Shown here in pieces: positions 44,570 through 52,993 of a stretch of DNA of 61,403 nt. The position numbers were made by a program, and so were the translations under genes. The DNA is from Minisyncoccota bacterium (lineage in GTDB: Bacteria > Patescibacteriota > Minisyncoccia > Phycocordibacterales > SBAW01). The DNA lies in assembly GCA_035510635.1 (NCBI GenBank), contig DATKGU010000006.1:1-61403 (forward strand), written 5' to 3'. Under the pieces are notes generated by a model. That model worked only from the letters and a program-made list of their open reading frames with translations, was not told the origin of the DNA and made no database searches. The first letter of the stretch is position 1; each line of letters starts with the position of its first letter.

Positions 44570-45343
44570 CAGCGGCAAAATTTTTTCAAACAATTCTTTA
44601 TTTGCAGTTGCAACAATGGTCTGAGAAACAGGCGTGATAGCCACCGGCGCGCCTTGCATGTTGTATACCTCGCCTCCCGCCGCGCGCACGAGTCCAATAG
44701 CTCCCGCCATATCTTGCGAACTAAATGTGCCATATACCACTATATCTACCCGCCCGGCCGCCAAAAATGCCATCTCAAGTGCAGACGCTGCAAAGTCTTT
44801 GCTTTTGCTTAATGACTCAAGAAATGAGCGCTTTACCGCCAAACCCCAATTCCACAAAGGCTCTTTGCGGCCAATATGTAAGAGACCTGTTGCTTTTGAC
44901 AGCTCGGTAATGCTCGATGTTTTAATAGGCCGACCATTTAAAAACGCTCCTGTGTGTACGTCAAAGCTGTACAACTCATCCATAATCGGGCTGTAGATGG
45001 CTCCGACAATTGGTACCCCATTTTCTAGCAACGTGGCGCAGGAGGAAAATAACGGCAACCCGCGTGAAAAGTTTGAGGTGCCATCGATTGGGTCGAGTGT
45101 CCACACAAAGCCTACAGCGTCTGCTTGTTTGGCGCTTGCATCCTCTTCCGAATATATGCGGTGGTCTGGAAACGCCTGCAAAATCTGCTCATGCATCATC
45201 TGGTCTATCTCTATATCCGCGTTCGTAAGCAAATTGCGCGGGTCGTCTTCTTTAAAGGTAATATCGAGCAACTCCGGACGCACCTTTTTCAAGTGCTCGC
45301 CCGCTTTGCGCACCAGCTCAACTGCAAAATCGTGATAGGTCAT
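44540..45343 (-). CDS. Inositol monophosphatase family protein
   Basis: YSEED and WTLDPIDGTSNF metal-binding motifs. Confidence 0.88.
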   Translation of the reverse strand: MTYHDFAVELVRKAGEHLKKVRPELLDITFKEDDPRNLLTNADIEIDQMMHEQILQAFPDHRIYSEEDASAKQADAVGFVWTLDPIDGTSNFSRGLPLFSSCATLLENGVPIVGAIYSPIMDELYSFDVHTGAFLNGRPIKTSSITELSKATGLLHIGRKEPLWNWGLAVKRSFLESLSKSKDFAASALEMAFLAAGRVDIVVYGTFSSQDMAGAIGLVRAAGGEVYNMQGAPVAITPVSQTIVATANKELFEKILPLLHRDLLLQS

Positions 45344-46248
45344 AGTATTTTTTTACCAGCGTCTTTGCCATAGACACCCTCGAGCAATTTTATATACCGA
45401 TTATACTCGCGCAAAAGTTCGGCATTTTTGTACTCAAAACCGCGCATGGCTTGTATCGTTGCATGATCGTCGGGAAACGCGCTGGCGTACATCTCACTGA
45501 GTTCTGCCCAATCTTTGATAAAACAACTGCGCCCCGCGCCACGGCGGTTGTAGACGCCAGCTGCGTCATCTTTGAGATGCAGGTCCATGTGTGCGGGGCC
45601 GATGCGCGGGTCTTTGCCGATGGCTTCGCGCACCACCTCCCAATCGGCGCCATGTTTCTCTACCAATTCAAAAAACATATTTGAAAAAACTATTTTGACA
45701 AAAAGATACGCGTTGCTGCCGTATTTTATAAGTTCGGCGTTTTCGGCAGATGTTATAAGCTCGTAGGGCGCTTTAGGCAAAAGCTCCATCACCACCTTGG
45801 CCGCCGCACGATGTGCCTCATCATCCACTGGCATGCCAACGATGTTGCGCTCGGGGCTCGAGGCATCTTTGGCGGCGGTTGTCTCAAGCAAAAACTCTGG
45901 GCTGTGGAGCACTATGCGGTCGGGATATTGCGCTTGGATAGACGCGGTAAGCCCTGGCGGCAAAGTTGATTTAATCACCACAATAGCGCCTGGCCGCGCA
46001 AGCGCGGGAGTGCTGCGCACGTTGCTGTCGTCGTAGCGCACCGCCGGATGGCCGTCGTCGCGCATGGTTCCTGTGGGCACCGTGGCGGCATTAACGGCAA
46101 TAAACACCATGTCGCACTCTCGTATCTTTTCTTTATTGCCAACATACTCCGGCTGCAAGCCATAGCGCACAACCACGAACCCGCGCTTTTCAAAATCGTC
46201 GGCATAACTTTTGCCGATAAACCCTTGTCCGATAAATCCTATAGTCAT
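45340..46248 (-). CDS. UDP-glucose/GDP-mannose dehydrogenase family protein, short form
   Basis: Rossmann N-terminus IGFIGQGFIG, SPEFLLETTAAKD, AELIKYGSNAYLFVKIVFSN, and the Cys motif GAGRSCFIKD. It appears to lack the usual C-terminal UDP-binding domain. ATG 46248 forms an ATGA overlap with the upstream stop. Confidence 0.7.
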   Translation of the reverse strand: MTIGFIGQGFIGKSYADDFEKRGFVVVRYGLQPEYVGNKEKIRECDMVFIAVNAATVPTGTMRDDGHPAVRYDDSNVRSTPALARPGAIVVIKSTLPPGLTASIQAQYPDRIVLHSPEFLLETTAAKDASSPERNIVGMPVDDEAHRAAAKVVMELLPKAPYELITSAENAELIKYGSNAYLFVKIVFSNMFFELVEKHGADWEVVREAIGKDPRIGPAHMDLHLKDDAAGVYNRRGAGRSCFIKDWAELSEMYASAFPDDHATIQAMRGFEYKNAELLREYNRYIKLLEGVYGKDAGKKIL

Positions 46249-46808
46249 GAATTTTGTAGTGTTTGTACCCACGCACGCGCCCACTCATCTTTGCTGAGAA
46301 GCGGCAATGCAAGCACACCTCGTGCATTGGAGTGTAGCGCCTCTATAACCGCTTTAGCAAGCTCGGTGCGGGGCACCACACTGGCGCCCGCCTCGCGCGC
46401 GATGCAGACATCGGGCGCCACTACGGGCACACCCGCGGCAAGCGCCTCGACAATACTCGCTCCCCAACTCTCGTGTTTGGAAGTTGAGAGGACAACATCG
46501 GCAATTGGAAGATAAACAGCAGGATCTTGCCAACCGGAAAACTCAACTGCCAACCTTTTTGTCGCAGACTTCAGCGCCACTTCAAGACTGCCGTTGCCGA
46601 GCATAATTAATTTTGTGTCGGGAACACTTTTGAAAACTTCTTTATATACTGCAATAGCAAGCAGCGGATCTTTTTCGTCCTCAAATCTGCCTAACCAAAG
46701 TATAGTTTTTGTATCATGCGGCGTTCGTGTCCGGGGCCAAACTTTTTGTCGCCCGTTATCATTAACACTCTCATAGAGGAATGTTGCCCATGTCGAAATA
46801 GTATCCAA
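46245..46808 (-). CDS. Truncated GT4-type glycosyltransferase (C-terminal Rossmann half only); possibly a gene remnant
   Basis: 187 aa. ILWLGRFEDEKDPLLAI...STSKHESWGASIVEALAAGVPVVAPDVCIAREAG is collinear with the C-terminal half of the 38129..39196 product. No N-terminal GT-B half is encoded upstream, where a terminator sits instead. Confidence 0.6.
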   Translation of the reverse strand: MDTISTWATFLYESVNDNGRQKVWPRTRTPHDTKTILWLGRFEDEKDPLLAIAVYKEVFKSVPDTKLIMLGNGSLEVALKSATKRLAVEFSGWQDPAVYLPIADVVLSTSKHESWGASIVEALAAGVPVVAPDVCIAREAGASVVPRTELAKAVIEALHSNARGVLALPLLSKDEWARAWVQTLQNS

Positions 46809-46852
46809 TTAACTCACCCTCTACAACCGCCGCGTGCCTCATAAAGTAACCA

Positions 46853-46884
46853 ATAAAAAAGGCCCGCGAGTTTCCCCGCGAGCC
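46853..46884 (-). terminator. Rho-independent terminator after the 93-aa membrane protein gene
   Basis: The minus strand reads GGCTCGCGGG-GAAA-CTCGCGGGCC (10-bp stem including two G-U pairs, GAAA tetraloop) followed by TTTTTTATTGG. Confidence 0.75.
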
Positions 46885-46892
46885 TCAAGATT

Positions 46893-47174
46893 TTACGATT
46901 TTGACCAGTATCGGTTATAGATGTATCTGGCGAACTCGCCCATTACAACGACAATCACTGCTGCCATTACAAGAGTAATTGCCACTACGCCAACTCCCCA
47001 AGTGATATTTCCCCAAATATCCAAAGAAGGACGGCTCCACAATTTTGGTGAGCACAACGCAAGCACAATTATGAATATTCCTGCCCCGACAAGGTGTCCC
47101 AGATTCTTAGCGAACATCTCGTTTTGCCAGTGTTTCTCCTTAGGCGTGCGTTGGAACGAGTCGCTGGTTTCCAT
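46893..47174 (-). CDS. Small membrane protein (two TM segments), hypothetical
   Basis: 93 aa with hydrophobic segments LVGAGIFIIVLALC and GVGVVAITLVMAAVIVVVMG. A terminator follows. Confidence 0.55.
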   Translation of the reverse strand: METSDSFQRTPKEKHWQNEMFAKNLGHLVGAGIFIIVLALCSPKLWSRPSLDIWGNITWGVGVVAITLVMAAVIVVVMGEFARYIYNRYWSKS

Positions 47175-47243
47175 GGTTGTTCTCCCTGAAGAACGATTTA
47201 ATCAAGATAATTTATATCATATTTATTATTGATATGTCAACTT

Positions 47244-48431
47244 TTACTCGCCGAGGGTTTTGGCGAAGACTTTTTGGCGCATTTGTTTGGCTATTTGTTC
47301 CCAATTAAATTTTTGCTCCACCATTTTACTCGCGTTGGCTATTACTTTTTTTGTTTGCTCGGGATTATTTAAAATATCTTTTACCGCCTCGGCAATTTGT
47401 GCCGGATTATCTTTGTCTACCGCCCACGCGGTTGGTTCTTGCCCCGGATTTTTTTTACTATCAAAAATAAAATCAGCGAGGCCTCCCTCTTGCGTGGCAA
47501 CGACCGGCAAGCCTGCCGCCATCGCGGAGAGAAACGCGATACCCAACCCTTCCGTGCGGCTTGGCGTGACAAAAATATCGGCAATCGCGCGATACTTGGC
47601 TGTCATGTCGCGCTCTACTTTGCCGACAAACACCACGCGCTCGCTAAGCTGTAATTTTTTTACCAATTGCTCGAGCATCGGCCGCTCCTCGCCATCGCCT
47701 ACTACAAGCAACTTTATATTCTGCGGCAAAAGCGCAAGTGCTTGTATCACCACATCGATTGCTTTTTGATGTACCAAGCGTGAGACACTAATAAGCAACA
47801 CATCGCCTTCTTTTTTACCAACTTGCGCACGCAATACATCAAGCTCTTGATATGAATATTCTTTTTGCGGCGGAAGCGATGCGCCGTTGGGTATCACTTC
47901 AATAGCGCCGCGATAGCCGCGCTTCTTTGCCCACGTGGCCAAATAAGTGGAGATAGTTTGCACGACACTCGCTTTGCGAAAGCCGAGGTCGAGAAGCGTT
48001 GTGAACGGGCGGATATACCACCGATCAAAAACTTTTTCGTACGAGTCACCATCTTGGAGCGTTAGTGCATATGGAGTACGGAGCCCAAGAGTGCGCGCGA
48101 GCATAAGCGGGAAGAGCATGTACGTCATCATCGCCCACAGCGCATCAAAGTGTTTGCTTTTGTTGAGTTTCCTTGCGCGCAATGCAGCCAAAAGCGGAAA
48201 CAATATTTTAGAAAGATACGCGCCGTCTCCGCCAGCTGGCGGACCCACACGATGTACGTGCACGTTGCCTATCTGCTCTTCGATAGCTGCTTCTTTGTTA
48301 AACCGCAGCGTCACCATATGAAACTCGATGTCGCTTGGCTCTAGGCGGTCGGTTATCTCTTTAATTGCAACCTCCGCGCCGCCAACGTGCGCGGGATAAT
48401 ACGCGAGCGAAAAAATAAGAATTTTTTTCAT
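47244..48431 (-). CDS. Glycosyltransferase, GT4 type
   Basis: MKKILIFSLAYYPAHVGGAEVA; PSRTEGLGIAFLSAMAAGLPVVAT. Start trimmed to ATG 48431. Confidence 0.85.
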   Translation of the reverse strand: MKKILIFSLAYYPAHVGGAEVAIKEITDRLEPSDIEFHMVTLRFNKEAAIEEQIGNVHVHRVGPPAGGDGAYLSKILFPLLAALRARKLNKSKHFDALWAMMTYMLFPLMLARTLGLRTPYALTLQDGDSYEKVFDRWYIRPFTTLLDLGFRKASVVQTISTYLATWAKKRGYRGAIEVIPNGASLPPQKEYSYQELDVLRAQVGKKEGDVLLISVSRLVHQKAIDVVIQALALLPQNIKLLVVGDGEERPMLEQLVKKLQLSERVVFVGKVERDMTAKYRAIADIFVTPSRTEGLGIAFLSAMAAGLPVVATQEGGLADFIFDSKKNPGQEPTAWAVDKDNPAQIAEAVKDILNNPEQTKKVIANASKMVEQKFNWEQIAKQMRQKVFAKTLGE

Positions 48432-48435
48432 GTCG

Positions 48436-49320
48436 TTAACGCGCCGAGGCAATGTAGTCGGTCAGCTCGTGCTCTTGATGCCAGCCGAGCGCCTCTATCT
48501 TGTGCGTGTCGGTATCAACGGCCGCCGACGGGCGGCTGGTGGTACGCGCGGGCAACATCTCAATGCTCCCGCCAAACAATTTGGCCACTTCTAAAATGGG
48601 GTAACTTTCTTTTGCGGCAATGCTGTACTCGTCGCGCTCGCCTTTTTCTCCCACCAAGAGGAGCCCGTTTACCGTGTCGTCAACGTGCGTATAGATACGC
48701 TCTTGCGTGCCGGGTGCGCGCACCGGCAGCGGCTCGCCTGCCATTTTTTTGCGGCGGAAGATTTCTATCACAGTGCCATACTCGCCCGCTTGTTCGCGCG
48801 GACCATACACGTTGTAAAAATATGCGACCGAATACGGCAGGTTGTACCAATGGCTGTAGTTGCGCACGAGCTCGGTGTTGGATGCTTTGGCCCACGTGTA
48901 CGGCGAGAGATCGCGGCCTGCGACGCCGTCGGGGCGCGGCGTCGCCATTTTAGTAGACGAGCCCGCGTACACGAGCTTGCACTCCTTTGCTTTATTTTCT
49001 TTTATATTCTTTTGTCGCCAATACTCAAGCACACCAAAGGTGCCGTCCATGTTTAAATCCCACACCAAGGCCGGCTCCTCGATGCTCTTTGCCACGCGCG
49101 AGTACTCGCCCAAGTGATAGATAAGGTCGGGCGTTTCGGGGATAAGTTTTGCAATATCTTTGGTGTGGCCCTCGCGATACTCGACACCGGCCACGTGATT
49201 GTCACGCGAGCCGGTAAAATAATTGTCGAGCGAGATAACCTTGTGGCCGTCTTTAACGAGGCGCTCGCACAGATGCGAGCCAATAAACCCCGCTCCGCCG
49301 GTGACTACGATTGTTTTCAT
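48436..49320 (-). CDS. NAD-dependent epimerase/dehydratase (UDP-glucuronate decarboxylase-like SDR)
   Basis: IVVTGGAGFIGSHLCERL and SLDNYFTGSRDNH are typical of UXS-type enzymes. Confidence 0.8.
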   Translation of the reverse strand: MKTIVVTGGAGFIGSHLCERLVKDGHKVISLDNYFTGSRDNHVAGVEYREGHTKDIAKLIPETPDLIYHLGEYSRVAKSIEEPALVWDLNMDGTFGVLEYWRQKNIKENKAKECKLVYAGSSTKMATPRPDGVAGRDLSPYTWAKASNTELVRNYSHWYNLPYSVAYFYNVYGPREQAGEYGTVIEIFRRKKMAGEPLPVRAPGTQERIYTHVDDTVNGLLLVGEKGERDEYSIAAKESYPILEVAKLFGGSIEMLPARTTSRPSAAVDTDTHKIEALGWHQEHELTDYIASAR

Positions 49321-49330
49321 ACGATACGGT

Positions 49331-50155
49331 TTATTCTAACTCAAACTCTGCCGCCTCACTATCGGTTTCGGATGTTCGTTTGCGGAGCATGGGCCGCGCA
49401 TATAAGACGGCCGCAATGCTGAGTGTTATGACAGAAAGGAACCCGAGCGCATACCAATAGAGCGGCGGCACGTCGGCAAGCAATGGCGATGCGCCGAGCG
49501 TTGATGCTATTCCACTTACTGCTTTGGATGTTTTTGTTGCAGTAGATTTTTTTGTCGAAATTTTTGTGGAGGCCGCAGGCGCCGCCGCGTCTGACGCGGC
49601 GGGTTTTACTATTTTCGCGCTCGGCGCGTCACTGCCGGGGTTGGGCGCGCCCGGTATCCAACTCACGCCGTTTAGATGGAGTGAGTTGCCATCGCCTGCC
49701 GCACCCATGGCGGCGGCGTAGGTGGCAGAGTCGACAGCCACGAGTGTCTTGTCTTTAAGCGCAAAACTCCCGCCTGTGTTGAGCAAACTAAAAGGGCTTT
49801 TAAATAGTGCGCCTGCCTGCGCAGGCAGGCCCGTGTACGCGGGATAGTCGGCTAAAAACTTTTGTGCATCGGCGGTAATGATCGCCGACTCTCCTGCTAC
49901 CAAAGTACTCGTGCCTTGTACGAGCGTGAGGTTGTGATTAACGCCCGACTCAAATAATTTATAGCCCGCGAGGTCGACACTGCTCGACCCCTTGTTGGTT
50001 ATCTCTATCCATTCGCGGCCGGTGTCCGCGCCGGGCGCGTCGTACATGATCTCCGTAAACCGCACTTGTGCGAGCGCACTCGTGGGTAGCACACATATAA
50101 AGAAGAGTGCCGCGGCAGAGATTAAATTACGACTGTTCGTTGTCCAAACTTTCAT
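49331..50155 (-). CDS. Secreted lamin-tail-domain (LTD) protein with a C-terminal TM anchor
   Basis: Signal peptide ISAAALFFICVLPTSALA. LTD motif VRFTEIMYDAPGADTGREWIEITNKGSSSVDLAGYKL. C-terminal hydrophobic segment LYWYALGFLSVITLSIAAVLYA followed by basic residues. Confidence 0.8.
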   Translation of the reverse strand: MKVWTTNSRNLISAAALFFICVLPTSALAQVRFTEIMYDAPGADTGREWIEITNKGSSSVDLAGYKLFESGVNHNLTLVQGTSTLVAGESAIITADAQKFLADYPAYTGLPAQAGALFKSPFSLLNTGGSFALKDKTLVAVDSATYAAAMGAAGDGNSLHLNGVSWIPGAPNPGSDAPSAKIVKPAASDAAAPAASTKISTKKSTATKTSKAVSGIASTLGASPLLADVPPLYWYALGFLSVITLSIAAVLYARPMLRKRTSETDSEAAEFELE

Positions 50156-51947
50156 CGACGGCTAGCATAGAGCGCAGCTCGTCTTCTGGCAACTTGGGCG
50201 CAGCCTCGGCCTTTGGAGCAACGGCATGGAGCGTGGCTTTGAGGTCCACGGCATGTACCGGTTTGCTTTGAGTATTGCCCGAGGGTTTTGACTCCTCCTT
50301 CTTGCCAAGCGCCTGCGCAAGGGCCTCTTTAAGGCTCTGGGAGCCCTCTAGAGGCGGTTTTTGGGGCAACGGAACACTTATTATGCCGCTGCTTCGAGCT
50401 GCGGCTTTAGGTACTATAGGCTTGCTTTGGGTATGCGATGAGGGCGCGGCTTTTTGGTACTCGGGGACTATTCTGGCCACTTCTTTTTTAACCTCCTCGG
50501 CCTTCTCAGACAGAGGCATCGGTGTGTGCGAAGTGGGCGTGTGAGTTGGACGGAAGAAAGCAGAAACAGCAGGCTTCCCCGACGCTTGGGTCGGGGTCCC
50601 GACCCCTTCGGGGCGTCGGGATTTAGGTTTTGGTTTTTCTTCTACTAACGGATTATCGTCTTGCACCTGCTGAATGACACGCTCAACTTCGGCACGCGAC
50701 GCGCTAAACTGCGCGCGCGAGCTTGCAATAACCTCATCGACAAAACTTTGCGGAGGAGGATCAAACGGCGGCAATGTCGCGGCGCTAAACGGCGGCGAGC
50801 CGACGCCGTCTATCATGAGCGAGAGATATATTTGCGCGAAACCCAAGTTGACCAAATCGGTCGCCATAAACACGGGTTGGAATATTGTTTCCAAAACTTC
50901 GGCGTCAAACGGCCCCACGCGGAAGGAAATGGTCGTGCCCACGTTGCCAAACACCGCATCGCGCACCTCCTCCTCCATCTGCTCTATATATTGATGCGCG
51001 ATAATCAAATTGAGTTTGTATTTGCGCGCCTCGGAGAGAATGTCGGCAAAGCTCTCGTTGGCAAAGTTTTGAAACTCGTCGACGTAAAAATAAAATTGCG
51101 GGAGCGTGGCGAGCGTCGCGGCGGAGATATCGGCGCGCGACATCGCCGCCAAATAAATTTTGGTTACGAGCATCGAGCCCAAAAGCTGCGCGTTGACCTC
51201 GCCCACACGGCCTTTAGAGAGATTGATGATTAAAATCTTTTTGTTGTCCATCATCTCGCGCAAATCGAAAGACGACTTGGCCTGCCCCACAATGTTGCGG
51301 ATGAGCGGGTTGGAGGTAAACTGCCCCACCTTGTTTTGGATGGCGGGTGTCGCCTCTTGCGTATAGCGGTCGGAGTAGCTGGCAAACTCGCCGTTCCAAA
51401 AATCTTTAACGATCGGGTCTTTAACATTGTCGACCACTTTTTTGCGGTAACTTTTGTTGACCAACATGCGGTTAACATCGAGCATCGTGGCACCCGGATA
51501 CTCCAGCAGTGCAAGCAACGTGTTGGAGAGGATGTACTCCATGCGGGCGCTAAAGGCGTCGACCCAGATTTTTTTAAACGCGGTAATGAGGCCGGAGACC
51601 ACGAGATGCCGCTTGTCGTAGCCGACATCCTCCATCACGTTAAAGCCTATCGGGTGCTCCATGTCGAACGGCGCAAAATACACCACGTCTTTTTTGCGGT
51701 GCTCGGGGATGTACTCAAGCAAGCGCTCGGCGGTTTGGCCATGTGGGTCGATAAAAGCAACCGCCTCGCCGTTGCGTATGTCTTGTATCGCCAAGTTCTC
51801 GAGCAGTGTTGACTTGCCCATGCCGGTCTTGCCGATGATGTACATGTGCTTGCCGCGGTCCTTTTTTTTAATGCCAAAAGGCACCTCCTCGCCGCGCGAG
51901 TTGGTGGTGGCAAAATACGTAATTTTATTTGGGTCTTCCTGCATCAA
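50127..51947 (-). CDS. TraD/VirD4/TrwB-like (type IV secretion coupling-protein-type) P-loop ATPase with a disordered C-terminal tail
   Basis: Walker A IIGKTGMGKSTLL and Walker B-like FYFYVDEFQNF. Motifs IAHQY and GNVGTTISFRVG are typical of this family. No N-terminal TM. The last ~170 aa are P/K/A/S-rich. Confidence 0.7.
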   Translation of the reverse strand: MMQEDPNKITYFATTNSRGEEVPFGIKKKDRGKHMYIIGKTGMGKSTLLENLAIQDIRNGEAVAFIDPHGQTAERLLEYIPEHRKKDVVYFAPFDMEHPIGFNVMEDVGYDKRHLVVSGLITAFKKIWVDAFSARMEYILSNTLLALLEYPGATMLDVNRMLVNKSYRKKVVDNVKDPIVKDFWNGEFASYSDRYTQEATPAIQNKVGQFTSNPLIRNIVGQAKSSFDLREMMDNKKILIINLSKGRVGEVNAQLLGSMLVTKIYLAAMSRADISAATLATLPQFYFYVDEFQNFANESFADILSEARKYKLNLIIAHQYIEQMEEEVRDAVFGNVGTTISFRVGPFDAEVLETIFQPVFMATDLVNLGFAQIYLSLMIDGVGSPPFSAATLPPFDPPPQSFVDEVIASSRAQFSASRAEVERVIQQVQDDNPLVEEKPKPKSRRPEGVGTPTQASGKPAVSAFFRPTHTPTSHTPMPLSEKAEEVKKEVARIVPEYQKAAPSSHTQSKPIVPKAAARSSGIISVPLPQKPPLEGSQSLKEALAQALGKKEESKPSGNTQSKPVHAVDLKATLHAVAPKAEAAPKLPEDELRSMLAVDESLDNEQS

Positions 51948-51989
51948 GCTAATTATAGCATCACAGGCAGCACGCTTTGTTCAAAAATA

Positions 51990-52229
51990 TTATTGCTCGG
52001 AGCGGTCTTGCTCTATAAACACGGTGGTGTTTTCGACAAAGAGATTGCGGCGCGGCTCTTTTGCCTCCCCGCCGCGGCCGAGCGCCTCGCCACGCAGCAA
52101 AAAGCCGAGCACCATGATGGCAATCCCTGCAACGACTGCAAAAAAGGTGTGCCAGCTGTTGGGCACGCCCAAATACGGCTGTACAAGTACAAATAACCCG
52201 AGCAAAATAACACCCATTTCTTTAGACAT
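51990..52229 (-). CDS. Small membrane protein, hypothetical
   Basis: 79 aa with two hydrophobic segments (VILLGLFVLVQPYLG, FFAVVAGIAIMVLGFLL). Confidence 0.5.
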   Translation of the reverse strand: MSKEMGVILLGLFVLVQPYLGVPNSWHTFFAVVAGIAIMVLGFLLRGEALGRGGEAKEPRRNLFVENTTVFIEQDRSEQ

Positions 52230-52238
52230 GCTCTTATA

Positions 52239-52940
52239 TTACTCGCCTTCTACTATTACGACAAACTCACCTCTTTGTTTATCTTCGTTGGTTACAAAGT
52301 AGGCCAGCACCTCGTGTGCCGAGCCAACGACCGACTCCTCAAACATCTTGGTGAGTTCGCGGAAGACGCCTATACGCCTTTGTGGCGCAATGCCTGCAAG
52401 AGCCTCCAGTGCTTTCATAATCCTATGTGGCGACTCATAAAAGATGCTCGCGCGCTCGCTTGCGACAATTTCTTTAAACATCGTCTCTCTTCCCTTTTTT
52501 TGCGGCAAAAATCCATAAAACGTAAACGACGGCGCACGCAAGCCTGCAATAGAAATTGCCGTGGCCAAAGCGCTCGCTCCGGGGATGGCTTCTATTTTTA
52601 TATCAGGCAAACGCTCGCGCACTATCGAAACCAGCTCGAGCCCTGGGTCACTTACACCCGGTGTGCCTGCGTCGGAGACAAGCGCAATATGGTTGCCTTC
52701 CTCAAGTAGCGAAATTATTTTTTCAAAACCTTTTGCGCCCGAGTTGGCATGGAATGAGACGGTCGGCGTATGGATGTCGTAATGCGCGAGCAACTTTTTA
52801 GTGACGCGGGTGTCCTCGCAAGCCACAATGCTTGCCTCCTTGAGCGTGCGCAAAGCGCGCAAAGTAATATCCTCAAGATTGCCGATGGGCGTTGCCACCA
52901 TCGAGAGCTTACCTTGTGAGGTGTCGATAGGTTGTGCCAT
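52239..52940 (-). CDS. rsmI: 16S rRNA (cytidine1402-2'-O)-methyltransferase RsmI
   Basis: LSMVATPIGNLEDITLRALRTLKEASIVACEDTR and SDAGTPGVSDPG. Start trimmed to ATG 52940 (MAQPIDT). Confidence 0.9.
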   Translation of the reverse strand: MAQPIDTSQGKLSMVATPIGNLEDITLRALRTLKEASIVACEDTRVTKKLLAHYDIHTPTVSFHANSGAKGFEKIISLLEEGNHIALVSDAGTPGVSDPGLELVSIVRERLPDIKIEAIPGASALATAISIAGLRAPSFTFYGFLPQKKGRETMFKEIVASERASIFYESPHRIMKALEALAGIAPQRRIGVFRELTKMFEESVVGSAHEVLAYFVTNEDKQRGEFVVIVEGE

Positions 52941-52993
52941 ATAAAAATAAAATACCACACTTTGCATATTTAGTAAAATAGTGCTACATTTTG

